A DNA stretch of 64,000 bases, from positions 70,370,780-70,434,779 of the forward strand of contig NC_068989.1 in assembly GCF_001194135.2 (NCBI RefSeq), in the 5' to 3' direction. Both the position numbers and the translations under genes were made by a program. Source of the stretch: Octopus bimaculoides. Its lineage: Eukaryota. Shown here in pieces: positions 23,380-36,970 of this stretch; the stretch's first letter is position 1, and each line of letters opens with the position of its first letter. The notes under the pieces were generated by a model. That model made no database searches. It was not told the origin of the DNA and saw nothing but the letters and a program-made list of their open reading frames with translations.

Positions 23380-24040
23380 TTTAAACATTACACCATCATG
23401 TAACCAGTGGGGCACTAGAGGATAATGAAATTAATTTGTGATGTGGCCTTTGCCAATAACAGAAACTAGAGGAAAATGAAGTTCAGACTCAGTTTAGAAA
23501 AGATTGAAGTGATGCAGATTAATGCCACAGCATAACCTCCTACCTTCATTGGACAACAGATTGTGAAAGATGTAGACAATTCTTATCTAGGGAATGTGAT
23601 TGGTAGTGATAGAAATATAAAGTGGTGTGAATAGTAGAAATGGTAAAACAGAACATGCACCTCATAGCAACAAGCAACACTGTAATGAAGTTGCAGTGGC
23701 TATAGAGTATGAAATATTCCACCAACAATGTCTACGGAAAAGCTCCTAAGTCACTTGGTGAAATAATATCAGAAATGAGGAAATCCTTCTTCAAAATACC
23801 AATGCATTGTGTTAGTTTCACCTGGCAGGTCATATTTTGCACTTGTCATTCACTTAACAGGCAAAGAATGCACTGAAGTGACTACTGAAGCAAAAAAAAG
23901 GCTAGCCCAAGAACACTTGGGGCTGGGCATTCAAGGACCTGTGAGATAGGAACAGAGAACACTAACGAATTGACCAAACCGGTGGAAGCATGATGCCTTG
24001 TGCCTGTCACACTGCAAGAGGACCTTAGTCTAGGTTATAA
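23380..24040 (+). mobile_element. Older RTE-like LINE RT C-terminal remnant
   Basis: Degenerate matches to K.EVM.IN, YLG..I, RIGKA and GRPKNTW-like motifs, ending in a W...V.ALC-like segment. No ORF. Confidence 0.55.
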
Positions 24041-24639
24041 ACATCACAAAGTATTTTGATATAGATGATAAAGAAAAATTCCTTTTAAGAAGACTTAGCT
24101 TAAAGTAAGAAATCAAATCATTTGTATAGTCAATAATGAACATGTGCACAGGATTGTACCTAAGGCATAATGCTGTATTAATACATGAACTTAATGTTTG
24201 GTTAGTAGCATGTCTTAGATGCAGTTACTACACAAATAAACATCACAAAGTCAAAGACCAAGAACCTAAGAGCCAGTGTGTAATCTAACTTTATAAGATC
24301 TAATACTGTATGGTTGAGTAGTTTGTTCTATGACTGCATAAGTTTCAGGTTCAATCCCACAGTGCAGTACCTTGGGTAAGGGTCTTCAACTAGAATTCTG
24401 GGCTGACCAATGTCTGGTGAGTAGAACAAGTAGGTGGAAACTGTACATTAGCTCATTGCATGGCTGTGTCCCAGTGTTAATGTTCACATTCTGTGATTAT
24501 TTTAGTTGTCTTATCTATATTCACCATGTTCTTGTATGGATTTCTAAACGGCTAATTTGTAATTATTTAAATTCAAACAATGTGCAGAATTTTACAGCTT
24601 AAAGCTTTCAGTAAAATGGAAGTGGTACCTATTTTCCTA

Positions 24640-24880
24640 TCCTATAGCTTAAAGCACGGCATTATTACACCAAAATTTTACATGAACTTGGAGATGAAAT
24701 CCAGTCAATCACCACGCCTTTTCAAAAGGAAGATACCTCTATGCAGTAGCTCAACATGCAAGAAATAATAGCCAAATCTTCCTTAAATTAAACTGTAGTC
24801 TTTTTAAAAAAGATGCATTAGATAAAGCAGTCTCAGATACCATCTCCACTTGATCAAGGTTAATCTGAAACTAAACAACT
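24640..24880 (+). mobile_element. Another dispersed repeat family (E); inverse copy at ~28140-28345
   Basis: agctcaacatgcaagaaataatagccaaatc matches the reverse complement of gttagctgctatttctagcagg at ~28300. Confidence 0.45.
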
Positions 24881-25162
24881 ATTTAATGAGAGTTTACATT
24901 GTTGCACAGTCTACTAGAAATAGGAACCAAATCTTCAAATTATGGCAAACTGTTTCAACAACAAATGTAGAACACATTGGATAATAAAGTCTTAAATACA
25001 CAGTTTGAAATAAAAGATGGAATGTCCATGTTAATTACAAACCTGTGGTTGAATAACAATAGCAGAATGGACATTGACTGAAAGCAATGGATGCAAACAA
25101 CAACTCAAAAATCAAAATAAGCCATTGATTTTAGACAAGAAAATTTTAAATTTAGAAAACTA

Positions 25163-25770
25163 TAGGTGCAAGCAGGGCTGTGTGGTAAGAAGCTTGCTTC
25201 CCAACCTTATGGTTCGAGGTTCAGTCCCACTGTGACACCTTGGGCAAGTGTACTATAGCTTTGGGCTGACCAAAGCCTTGAGTGGATTTGGTAGATGGAA
25301 ACTGAAAGAAGCCCATTGTATATATATATATTTGTCTCTTAGTGTCTGTTTGTCCCTCACCACTGCTTGACAACCAATGTTGGTATGTTTATGTTCCCAT
25401 AACTTAATAGTTCAGCAAAAGAGACTGATAGAATAAATACTAGGCGAGCTGGCACAATTGTTAGCGTGCCATGCGAAATGCTTAGTGGTATTTCGTCTGC
25501 CGTTATATTCTGAGTTCAAATTCCGCCGAGGTCAACTTTGCCATTCATCCTTTCGGGGTCGATAAATTAAGTACCAGTTACGCACTGGGTCGAGGTAATC
25601 GACTTAATACCTTTGTCTGTCCCCTCTATGTTCAGCCTCTTGTGGGCAATAAAGAAATAAGAATAAATACTAGGCTTACAAGGAATATGTCCTGGGGTCG
25701 ATGTCGTTGACTAAAACCCTTTACGGCGGTGCTCCAACATGGCCACAGTCAAATGACTGAAACATGTAAA
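25163..25770 (+). mobile_element. SINE family B carrying a nested family C SINE (25445-25659)
   Basis: The host sequence is split. 15-bp TSD agaataaatactagg at 25430-25444 and 25660-25674. Confidence 0.88.
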
Positions 25771-26003
25771 AGAATCTCATTCACTAAGAAAATTTCAATG
25801 ACTTTGTCAATTGCATTAGTGATATAACTACTTATCTACCTCCAAAGCACGGAACCACATGGAACCAAAAACAAATAAGTCTAGACAATCAATGATTAAT
25901 TGGCAGGTCATACAAAACACTTTGCTAGCTCCTTATACTATAGAACAGTGTAGAAGTTACCACTTCGTGCAGCAACATTGAAAATTCACTTAGCCCATCA
26001 ACA

Positions 26004-26121
26004 TTTCAACTGACCATATCAGGCCTCTCACACCTACCTTTATTCATTCTAAAAATCACATCAAAATAATGTGAATAAATAAGCATTACATTTGAGAGTA
26101 ATCTGAATGCTGTAAGGTTAA
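26004..26121. mobile_element. Partial piggyBac-like MITE
   Basis: gtgaataaataagcattacatttgagagtaatctgaatgct...ggttaa matches the end of 17155-17374. Confidence 0.6.
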
Positions 26122-27489
26122 TTTGTAGAATTAAGCTTACATTCTATGGGAAAAGCTGATTGATATTTTATCTACAGCAAGCTACAGAAATTGGCATTCA
26201 GCACCAACCTATTTGCAAATGAAGGACAAGCATCATAAAACTATTAGCAGTTTTTTTGTACATCTAATATTTAAGTGAAATAAATTCTTGTATAAAACAA
26301 AGTCCAGAAACTAAGTCACATTATACAAGTTGACTGTTCTGTTAACCAAATTAATTCAAGCCTGCTTAATATCAATGTTTCAATTCTTGCAGTCAATCAG
26401 TTTAATTCTAGATATTTTATCAACCACATAGAGACAAAAGCTTAAGTCAACCCTGATAGGCTTCAAGTACTGCTGCTAATGTGGGCTGCCAATGAGACTG
26501 AAGCTAAATCAGTAGAACAATCTGTTACTCAGATTTCTGTGGTTTATTATTGCATACAAGATTTTCTTTGGCTAAGATAACAGGTAAATGTAAAAGTTAC
26601 AATGACTCTATGGTTACTTATCCTTTCATAAGGATGATGTTTAGCATTGATTTCTATGCCATTTAGTAGACATAAACTACCAGTCAGTTTTAAGCAATCC
26701 CCTCAGACCCCAGCTGTAAATTTAGTTTTACAAATTAATTAATTAATTAATGCATCAGTTCAGTGTTATTGCACCATCCTGTAGTGCTGGAAACGAGCTG
26801 GTGAAAATTTAATTTCTTGCATGAACTGCTCAATTTGTCACCGACTGCCTAAGCATTTGTTCATTTATATCTTCTAGAGTTATTCCTACAAAACTCATCA
26901 TAGAATTTTTTCAGAACTTTGCTGTTATTCACTTAAAAAAAAGCTTGAGAAAGGTTATACTCTTTTGCAAAGTAACTACAGAAACAAAATTTTTAGAATG
27001 AGTTTTGGTTTAAAAATAAAAATCTCAGTTTGTCACTAATGAAATGTAGCTTGCTTTTATTCGCTGCTAAAAGATGTACCCTCATTTGGTGCTAATTGTA
27101 TATGTACTTGGCAAACTTTTGCTGATATTAAAGTGCTTCGTTAGGTTCTCTGTAAATGCAAACATGATATTACATGAGGAGTGATGGGCATATAGTCTTT
27201 AGTTATAGAGGATCTTCCACAAAAACGCAGGTACTGATACACGAGAGTTGCTGTATGCATATAAACTGTTTGCACAAGAGGATTTTGAAACATATCAAAC
27301 ACTAATCCAGTGTAGCAAATACGAGACTTAATAACAGTAGTTGATCAAATGGTTAAATGATATGGATAGAATTCGTAGTAAATCTATAGTTGTCTACAAA
27401 CACAAAGAATACTGTCATGGAAGCTAAATGAGGGACCTAATCCCACATCCAAAGTTAGTAATGTTGTGTAGTCTTGTGGAATTTCCTGA

Positions 27490-27660
27490 CATCATCACTC
27501 AACATTTGTATTCCATGTTGGCATGGGATCAATGGTTTGACAGAATCTGAAGGGCCTGAGGACTGTACCATGTTCCAGTGTTTGTTTGGCATAGTATCTG
27601 ACTGTATTCCCTTCCTAATGTCGACTACTTTACAATGAGTACAGGGTGCTCTTTTTAGCA
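27490..27660 (-). mobile_element. Highly diverged RTE 3'-end copy
   Basis: catcatc...ccatgttggcatggg...cccttcctaatgtc...gggtgctcttttt. Confidence 0.55.
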
Positions 27661-29299
27661 CTAGTGAAGTTACCATGCATCTTGAAAGAATATGACCCCC
27701 AAGTAGAATGGGAGAACTTTATGCTCGGAGGAAAAGGAGCTTAGTCAGAATAAGTGATTCAAAGCACAAGGAGGATACATATACAATGTTTACAATAGTA
27801 TGGTGTTCTTTTGGTAGTGAGCTAGGTCTTTAAATATCTAAGACTTAAATTGCTTTCTCTGTCACAAAAAACACAAATTAAGAAGACGCTTTTGAAGAGT
27901 TCACTAATTGATTGTCAGGAATGTTCAAACATCATCTTCTCATTGCTTGGTACAAAGTCAGTCTTTACTGAGCAAACCTACAAATAGACATTTCAGATGC
28001 AACCATCCAATTCTTTTCTGATAGACGATTCTAGGGTTACATCATATAACAAGACCTCTGTCTCTTCTAAGATGGCAAGGTGTGATTTGAGGGAAATTTG
28101 GTTGCTATTTGTTGTAGACCAAGCACACATAAAGGGCTCCTCAGTTGATTGTTGTTTAGATGCAGGTCAACCCTGTTTGAGAAAACTTATGATCAAAGGG
28201 ATCCCAGATGTGGCTAGCCAGTCTTTTTAAGGATTTATATGACTTCTTTTCTTGATGCGTTTTCTTTATTTAAAGTAGTAAAGTGTGATGAAGGAGTGTT
28301 AGCTGCTATTTCTAGCAGGTAAAGCAACTACGTAGAAGCTTCCATGCACGGTAATGAAGATTAGGCAGTCTAAAAATTCAATCTCCAGGTAGTGAATGAC
28401 ATGAAGCATGTTAATATTTAAATTTAAACATGCTCAAAAGAGAAAAAAATCATTGAGATCTTGATGACATCAGACTTCTTATACAACTTTCTGGCATCAA
28501 CTCCTAATGGAGTTTTCAGCATGCCATTGACAACATATGGTATGTTTCTGGCATTTCAAACATGGTGGAACCCATCTCTCTCCGGGTTTGGACACAGTTG
28601 ATTTCTTCCAGAGACTGAGAACTGATTCCAGTAAGATGAAAGACAAAGTTGACCCCAGGGGAATTTGAACTTGGTGAGCTGCGATGGAATGAATGCAGCA
28701 CATCATCCTGCACAACACTCTAATGACTGTCAATGCTGCCACACACGTATGTACAACTGTGCAATAATTGTATCAGTTGTAAAGAGAAAAAAATATTTGT
28801 GAATTCAACTTGTATGGTAGTATGATCCTTAGTTCATGTCTAAATAATCTTACACAGCTGTTTAAAACAGGGAAATATATTAACACAAACATAAATTAAT
28901 CATCATAACTTAATTTCAATGGCAAGAGGGGAGAGGAAAAGCTCTTACAATTATCTATATTTAACTCTTCTGATAACAACCCACTGAGACCATTCCTAGA
29001 TCCTGATACATTTGGCACCTTGGTTTTAGGATCACAGAAGTGTTAAATAGAATGTTCGTTTCTACCTAGATCTGAAGTGCTAAATTTTCTCAAGTCATTT
29101 AGAAGCATTTCTAATTTAAAGGTTGGAACAAAATGAGTGCAAGCTTCCTAGTTCATGAATTAAAACTTGGTTTGCCTGCTTAGCTGCAGCAAGGAACTAA
29201 CCACCAGAATAATCAACAAGGGAGTTGAATTGTAGGACTCAAAACATGAGATGGAATAGGTACCGGTCCCCGAAAGACATATTTCACTCAATATTGGAT

Positions 29300-29535
29300 T
29301 TTGTCATTATACATGACTAAAGCCTTTGAAGACACTGCTCCAGCATGGTTGCAATCCAATAATAGAAACCAGTAAAAGACAGGCTTCTTTCAGTTTCCGC
29401 CTACCAAATCCACTCACAAAGTTTTGGTTGGCCCAAGGCTATAGTAGAAGACACTTGTCCAAGGTGCCACACAGTGAGACTGAAACGGGAACCATGTGGT
29501 TGGGAAGCAAGCTTCTTACCACACAGTCACTCTTA
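29300..29535 (-). mobile_element. SINE family B, internally deleted
   Basis: cttctttcagtttcc...ttgtccaaggtgccacacag...cttcttaccacacagtcactc. Confidence 0.75.
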
Positions 29536-29699
29536 GTGCAGGATTTTGATACCCGTGTTGAAAACAAAAGTGTCTTTACTAAATAAGCACTGGAAGCCTC
29601 ATGTGAAAGATTGATAGGGGATGAATAATACTCTGCACTCACTAAGCATAACAATGAAGCTATTAATGGCTTTGTGTGTAGTTCCAGGTTTGTGCTATG

Positions 29700-31900
29700 C
29701 AGATTGAAGATAGATCTTCCTTGAATAGAATGTCAGTTAATCTTGAGTGAAATTCATAGATGAACCAAAGTAATGCAGTTAGATTAAGCAGGAATCCAAC
29801 AGAAGAGGTAGCTGAAATGCTACAGATGAAAGTAGACAATGATACTTAAATGGTGAAAATGTGCCGTGTGCTGACATTAGTGCTCATGGCAGAAATAGAA
29901 TCATCATTGCAAGTAGCGAGGCTCACTTTCAGGATACATTTAAGCTTATACACAAGGTGACAGGACTGGGTCAACATATCGCATTGTAGATCCACATTTC
30001 ACAAACTCAAGTTATCTAGCAACAGTGGTTCATGGTCACTAAGTTTGGTTCTAATCTTCCAGAAAAACTGCATTTACACCATGTTTCTTGCTTTTGTTCC
30101 ACCCTATAACTCGTGTTATAACTTTCGGTTTTATGGCGTAAAAAGAATGAAGCCTGTTCCTGATGGTTAGATTAACTAGAGCATGTAGATTTCAAGTACA
30201 CTGTTCATACAGAAAGCTCACAATGAAACTGAATTCAAAATCTGAAATGGTCTTTTATGGCTTCAGTCAGGATGAAGGAGCCAAGTCTAGGACATTTGTA
30301 GGTTGAGTCAGGACGGACTGATATGGTTTGATGGTCAATACAAACATCTATAAATCCATGACCACAAGAACTATGTGGTGAAGAGTTTCCAAAAGGGATG
30401 GAGGTCATTACTAGTGCACAAAGACAGAGAATGAATGACAAGGAGGCATGTACCAGCTTATTCTGAGGAGTAGATGCCAATGCGGCAATATGCTTGTTGG
30501 TCACAAATTGACAAACCCTAACCAGTCTAATGTATGCAAACAAGAATGTGTTTTGTGTGTAGCACCACATCATCCCAGATGTGGGAGTAGTATTCCATTG
30601 TGGATTTCACGAGTCAGCAGTTGTTGTGAGGCTGAAGAGGAAAGCAAGTTTTTAGGATGCAGTATTTACTGTTATGAATGTGAAGGCTTTGTGTAATGTC
30701 TGTGAAGTATAAGTTTCCCGAATGTGTGCATCTACTGGCTTTGTTATTGAAGCATAAATCCCAGCACGTCCCCACTGAAAATTAGTTCTGAGGTCCATGT
30801 TCATGGAGACCGCACCGTTTGCTGTTGAGGTGTCTTATGTTTATATGTGGATGATGGGCAAGTGTGCAAGGTGAAAGAATGAGGAGTGATATCACCTGCA
30901 CTGCACAAAGTCATGTTAGCGGTTTATTCATATTCAGAAAGATAAGAGAGGATCAGAAAGAGAGAGAGAGAGAGCCACATTTACATATGCAGCCATTTGG
31001 CAGGATGTTTCTGACCCAAGAGATGAAACACACACAAGTGTGCACTTTAACCAGGTTTTTGTGCCAGATGCTGTTAAAAACTTTACCAATGTCAAGCTCA
31101 ATCAAATCACTTTCAGCAAATTTCTGAAAGACAGGGGACCAATGATGAGCAGGTCTCCAAAAGTCCTAGCCATATGGAAGCTGTAGTTAAGATTACCAAG
31201 GAGAAAGGACTTAAGTATTCAAACAATAGGGTAATGATGTTAGCAGAGATAGAAAGCAAGTTGTAGAAAGATCTGCACAGCAACTGTTCAGTCCTGCCCA
31301 TCTTCTATTTTACCTATGTGCATGGAAAGATTGAAGAGTTTGGCAAGGATAAGGAGTGCACTGTTTGAGGGTAATAGAAAACATTATCATAATGGTGGTG
31401 TTGGTGTAATGACCGGAAGTGTAATAGTGGGGAAACTGGAGGAATGAAGTAAGTTTTGCCAAGTGTGTGCAAAGTTGGATGCAAATTGAACAGCAAACAT
31501 GTTTCTTCCAAGAGACTGCTAGTTACTGAACTGTCAGAGTTAAAGGCTGGTGGAAATTCTTTTACCAAAGGACTTGTTGCAATTTGGGAAGCAGAAGTGC
31601 TTGCACAAAGTTGTCATTTGCTTTATGAAAAGTAGCAGGTAAAAGCCATGCAGATGGTAAAGATAGATGAGCTTTGTCCAGAGATGTTGTTGACAGTGTT
31701 CTTAGACTGAATGGGGAAACACAGCTATATTTGAAACATCTAGGGCACATGAAAAAACATGTCCAAGAGGATGGCGTTGTTCACTTGCTTGACTGATTTT
31801 TAGTTCAAGAGAAAAGACCAATCATCATATTCGCACAATCCTTTTACTAGACTGACATCCAACTGGTCACATTCAGCAGCACTCTTTTCCTCTAGGGTGT
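29700..31900 (+). pseudogene. Heavily decayed LTR-retrotransposon remnant, Bel/Pao-like
   Basis: Region is less AT-rich than its flanks. In order: CVLCVAPHHPRC (Cx2Cx3Hx3C knuckle-like, ~30555), LCLYVDD (~30835-30855) and PKVLAIW (~31155, like Pao KVLGIxW). Many stops and no LTRs seen. Confidence 0.4.
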
Positions 31901-32167
31901 GGCTGTTATTTTATAGACCCCTGAAGGCTGAAAAGAACTGACCTGACAATTATGTTATAACTACAAAACACGAGCAATGTTGTCTAATGGTCTACCAATT
32001 CTACTCTATTAAATGACAATTATAAAATTTACAGCTAATGCACAAATCATGTATCCCATATGAGTAAACTAGATGCAAAATATATTGTATATATCAGATA
32101 TAAATTACAAATAAGAGTTTATATATATCATGTGTATATATTGTATATTTATAGTATACTCTATGTA

Positions 32168-32540
32168 CAGGCATGGATGTGCAGTTAAGTTCACATTGCA
32201 ATGAAGGTGTTCCTGGTTCGATCCTACTGCTTAGCATCATGAGCAAATGTTTACTGTAGCCATGAGCCAAATGAGTAAAATGGTTGAAATAACAAAGAGC
32301 CAGTTTCATATGTGAGTGAGCTGTGTCTTCTACTTGCCTTTGACATTTGCAAGCTGTTTGAAAATCAAGTAACTGCTCATACCAAGAGTCTTATTTGTTT
32401 ACATTAAGAAAATATGCTCAATCACTGAGTTGTATGATGTTCAAAGGACAAGAAATAGTACCTTGCTTGGAAATAGTTGAGAGATTGCTACAGGAAGACC
32501 ATCTAGTCACAGAAAAAAATGCCTCAATAAGTTTCATCTG
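32168..32540 (+). mobile_element. Degenerate SINE family D
   Basis: tRNA-like head (ggttcgatcc), then ccttgcttggaaa...acaggaag...catctagtca as in 51069-51451. Confidence 0.55.
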
Positions 32541-35500
32541 ACTATTTTTGTGTTTGTGTGTGTGTGTGTGTGTTACCGTCTCCTTGCTGTGACATTATAC
32601 CATGTCATGAATGCAGTACACTGCATTTCCAATCATCCATGAAAACAGGTAAGAGCTGTCAACAAGAAGCATACCCAAACATTGAAAAAGATTTGCTTCA
32701 ACAAATTCAGACTGATCCATGAAAAAGTGAATGCTAAAATGAGGATTTTGATATGTACACATATACATTGTGGCTGTGTGATTGAGAAGCCATACCATAC
32801 ACAAAAACTGCATGGAAGTCATGCATGCATGAGCCTTCACATCCACACTGCAATATATATATATATATTTATATATCCTTAGCATCTTCTTATTAATCCT
32901 AATTTACACAACTCTGCTTCATCTAATGATTTTCTACAAAGTGTCTTGTTTATTTCTGTCTCCTGAGACTGGTTCTATTATTTACTGTTAAAGAGATCAT
33001 AATAAATTTTGGTACCTGCCTTTGCTGTGATATAAAGGATTTCATACAATTGTTCCAAAAATGACAGTCACTTCACTACAGAAATTGATTTGTATGGTCA
33101 GCAATAAGCCTTAGCAAGAAATAAAACCTCGAGTGTTTTAATACTTCAAGGTTTCCATAGCAGCCAATTTTAACAGTTGAATCTCTCAAAAAATGCCAAG
33201 ATGAAGTCTATGTTCATTGGTGCAATATATTTAAAAGTTTGTAACCAGAAGTAGTTTTGAGCAAACCTGATACATTGCAGGTTCATGTCTTGTAGTTCTG
33301 ATCCAAGCTGGTGAAGTACATTCTCTGGATATTTTCAGTGTAGGAATCTATTTAGAAGTATGAATTTTCTTGCAACACAGTGATACTAAATCCAAAGTAG
33401 CTTTTCTTTTATTATTTTGTTAAATAATCATTTCTGGTTAACATATTGGTTCAGATCCATTAAGTTTTGTTGAGCTGGGATCAAGAATAAAAGTTGAATG
33501 TTTCCTTTGCAGCTAGTAGTATTTTTGTTCTTCCTTTCATTTGTAAACCTTGCAACATTGAAATATGTAACTGTCCAAAGTAATAATAATAATAGCAATA
33601 ATAATAATAATATTCATCTGCATTAAGTTACGAATCCTCAAACTTGCAGAAACAGTCAGTGACACCACAGTTTTCATATTCTTTGTTGCAACTGTTCTTA
33701 TTTGTTCCAACATTTTTTTTAATCTGTCAGTTTCAAACCTTCCTCACAAGATTCTTTTTCCCTCAACCTCTCTGCCATTTGTATTCACTCAAGGAATATT
33801 TTCAGTTAGAGAAATCAATCTGCATGGTTGAAAAATAAAAATTATTTCATTTTAAATGTGGGAAGTGTTTCAGGGGACATAACTCCAAACTAAACAGTTT
33901 TCTTTTCGTTTCTGAGCACACATTAGTTCCATTATTCTATTTCATATGCAAATGAAATAAAATCCAACATCAAATACATGGCAGTTCAACAGTATTCATC
34001 AATGTGTGACTAGCTCTGACTTCAGGGGAGGGGAAACAGGAAATGTGAATTTCATGCATATTTTTAAAAAGACCATTAGTAATGGGAGCAAAAAGAAACA
34101 AGTGGGAATCCAGATTTAGTTTGCCAAGAGCTTACTTCAACAGAACTTACAAACCAGTATTTATTAACATGAAAAGTCAGAAAACCCCAAATGCAAAGCC
34201 AGGCAGAAAACTTTTTTCTTCCCTTCTTATGACAGCTATGATTATCTACTTTGCAATTGGTACATTAACAAAGGCTCTTGTAATAAATGTGTGCATACAT
34301 GTATTTTATATACACACACAAACACAGGCACACACATTCAAAATTCAATCAGTTTTGCCACAACCTATATTATCCAACCCTTATGGCGCTCTTCTTCCTC
34401 AATCGTATACATTTAAAACAAAGAATGTCTTTTCTTGTATCAGTGTACTTTTAAAGATATTTATAGTATACAGTCAACTGCAAAAATATAGAATATTTAG
34501 TACACTTAAGCTTCTTGGTATACGAGTTTGGTTAAATTTCTTCATAAAGAGAAAAATGCATGGTCTGATTTGAAAATGAGAAATTTTCCAGTAAGACTTC
34601 AAAAATGAAATTGAAGTATTACATGAAAAGTTTTCTTGTTAAATAAAAACTGTGGAATGAAATCACCACACAAAACCACAAATGCAATGAAGGCAAGACA
34701 AAAATATTGATGTTTGAACTTCCAAAATATATCTTTGTACCAGCTCTCTTGGTTTATATCCCTAGTCAATTAATTTTCTATCTCAGTTAAGATATACTTC
34801 ATTTTTTTTTCAAGGGTTACCTCAAATGCAGCTACATTTTTGCATTGACTCAAATAGACTTACATTGTAATTACCAATACAAGTCCATATTACTTTCTTT
34901 ACTTGAACCTATACTTTTAGATTTATTCTTTAAAGTTGGCATCTTCCACACAGCTTTCAAACTTTTGTTAGTCTGTCGTGTTTTAGTTTATTTAGATTAT
35001 TTTACTTAAAACAAAACCCTCATGTTAGCAATGAAAGCCAGTATGCAGCAATGATCACTCGGAGACAAAGAGAGAAAGATAAAAAAAAAAAACTTTTATG
35101 CACGCATAACACTCACCAACACAAAGAAAATGCAGCCACAATCAAATGCAATAAACTACAAACAACAAAATCTCTCTGTAACAGACTCACATATAATATT
35201 GGTCACTGAGACATATCAGTGTATGATTGACAATTACATTCCAAACACACTGGCACTGGTAACACAATCACATCACTACAAGCATCATTCTAAAATAATT
35301 CTCTTCCAATCAAGAGCAGATGCACACTGAGTTCAACTTGCTGGTCTTACTGCAATCACCATAAAAATAAAAATGAACAGCACATATTTAAATTGCAACA
35401 CTGTGCAATATGATTTTAGACGAAATGAAATAACTTATTCGATACATCAATACAACATGTTTGTTTGGCTGGCATCGGGAGCCAACTCAACCAGTTGAAG

Positions 35501-36073
35501 AGGATTTATCAATAAATTGCATGAATGTTAAGACTTAGAACAAACTGCATTAAACCTTATTTAGACAGCTACTTTGAAACACAAAGTAAACAATTGAACA
35601 TTTACTTCTTCACATCAATTAAACCAAAAGTTTTAGCATTCATCACAATTAAATCACTGGTGTTACAGAATATTGATAAAATAACACTTCAAAAAATTGC
35701 AGTCTTTATAAACTTTATCAGAGGCACTGTTTTGTCTTTAAAACACCATTAGGATATTTAAACATGATAATCCAGTTGATGTTTCTTAGGAGATTATAGC
35801 CTGTGGAGATCTTAATGTAATGAATTAAAGTAGATGTTCTTGGGTAGTTGTGACGAAATAAATGTATATCAGTACCCCAAGGATATCGAGTGTGGTTGAT
35901 TCAAATCATTCCCCCTGCTTAATAACCACAATCCTATCATTATTTGCACACTGGCTAAGAACTTGAAATATGTGATGGTAATTGGAGAATTTTTCTCCAT
36001 ACAGCAATGCAGATGATAAATGATGAGGCCATGGGCAAATGTATTTTTAAAATGCACCATCTTTCTACCTTAG

Positions 36074-36289
36074 TACTGCATGTAACAATGATGACCATGT
36101 GTATGTTACCAGTTGCCATTATTATGAAAGCAAGATTTATGCTTTCAATACTTCAGAAAAATCCCTCAAGATCATCAACGCTTGCTGTTTAAAAGAAAAT
36201 GTTCATTCACAAATTCTTTCTAAGAATACCATCTGGTATCAGTTTGCTATTATTTCTTTAGGAGTCGTTCTTTTGGGTAGCATAATTAG
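36074..36289 (+). other. Candidate coding exon (216 nt, phase 2-2) ending in a hydrophobic segment
   Basis: ctttctaccttAG|...|GTaaaa. Open frame TACNNDDHVYVTSCHYYESKIYAFNTSEK...WYQFAIISLGVVLLGSII, with stops just outside both splice sites. No homology recognised. Confidence 0.3.
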
Positions 36290-36900
36290 GTAAAAATACA
36301 AATCAAGTGTTGTTCTTTGTTTTTACTATTTCCCCATATAACAAATTTCTTGATTCATTACTGAACACTAGTTCACAGTAATTTTTCGTCATCCACTCTA
36401 AAAAAAAAAGCAGAAGCAACTTATCGTCGCATTTTAAAACATTTCTTGATGCCATCAATTTTCAACTGTTTCTCTATGTAAGATTTCCATGAATCTTGGC
36501 CTGGCAGGGATCTGTTGCTTTCCAACAGTGCAAATCTGCTTTCACTGTTAAAACCCTTAATTTAATAAACTGAGTGGGTAGGAAGAACTGCTTTAAATTT
36601 CCAGCTATTATTTTTCTTAGTCTCTCTTTCACCTAAAGTCTTCTGGGAAAACAATCAGTGTACAAACTGGAGCTTTCCACTCTGGCAGCCTACCAACTCC
36701 AGTACCTTTTTCTCATTTGAACATTCTGAAAAATATCATAAACTTCTTTGGCTTTCCACTGACTGTTTTAGTTATGAAAACTAGAGTGTGTGCATATCAG
36801 AGTTTTCAAATACTATTCAACAAGGGAATCTGCCTCAAGGGTTTTAAGAATTAAAACAGAAAGTAAAATGGTTTATGACAGAGCTTAGATGACCACTTAC

Positions 36901-36970
36901 CTGTAACACTAAATCATCACACATTGCAGCTGTTCACTTGAAGCTTTGCTTCAAATTAGAAGAAAAATGC
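36901..36970 (-). other. Candidate upstream (5') exon of the minus-strand transcript, containing an ATG
   Basis: tatatacacAG|...GCA ATG TGT GAT GAT TTA GTG TTA CAG|GTAAGT. Perfect donor consensus and an in-frame TGA 9 nt upstream of the ATG. Confidence 0.3.

Noticed and set aside
34082-34573. 163-aa plus-strand ORF
   Set aside because: Runs through a CA microsatellite (HTQTQAHT), with no recognisable domain. Long for chance, but not supportable without expression data.
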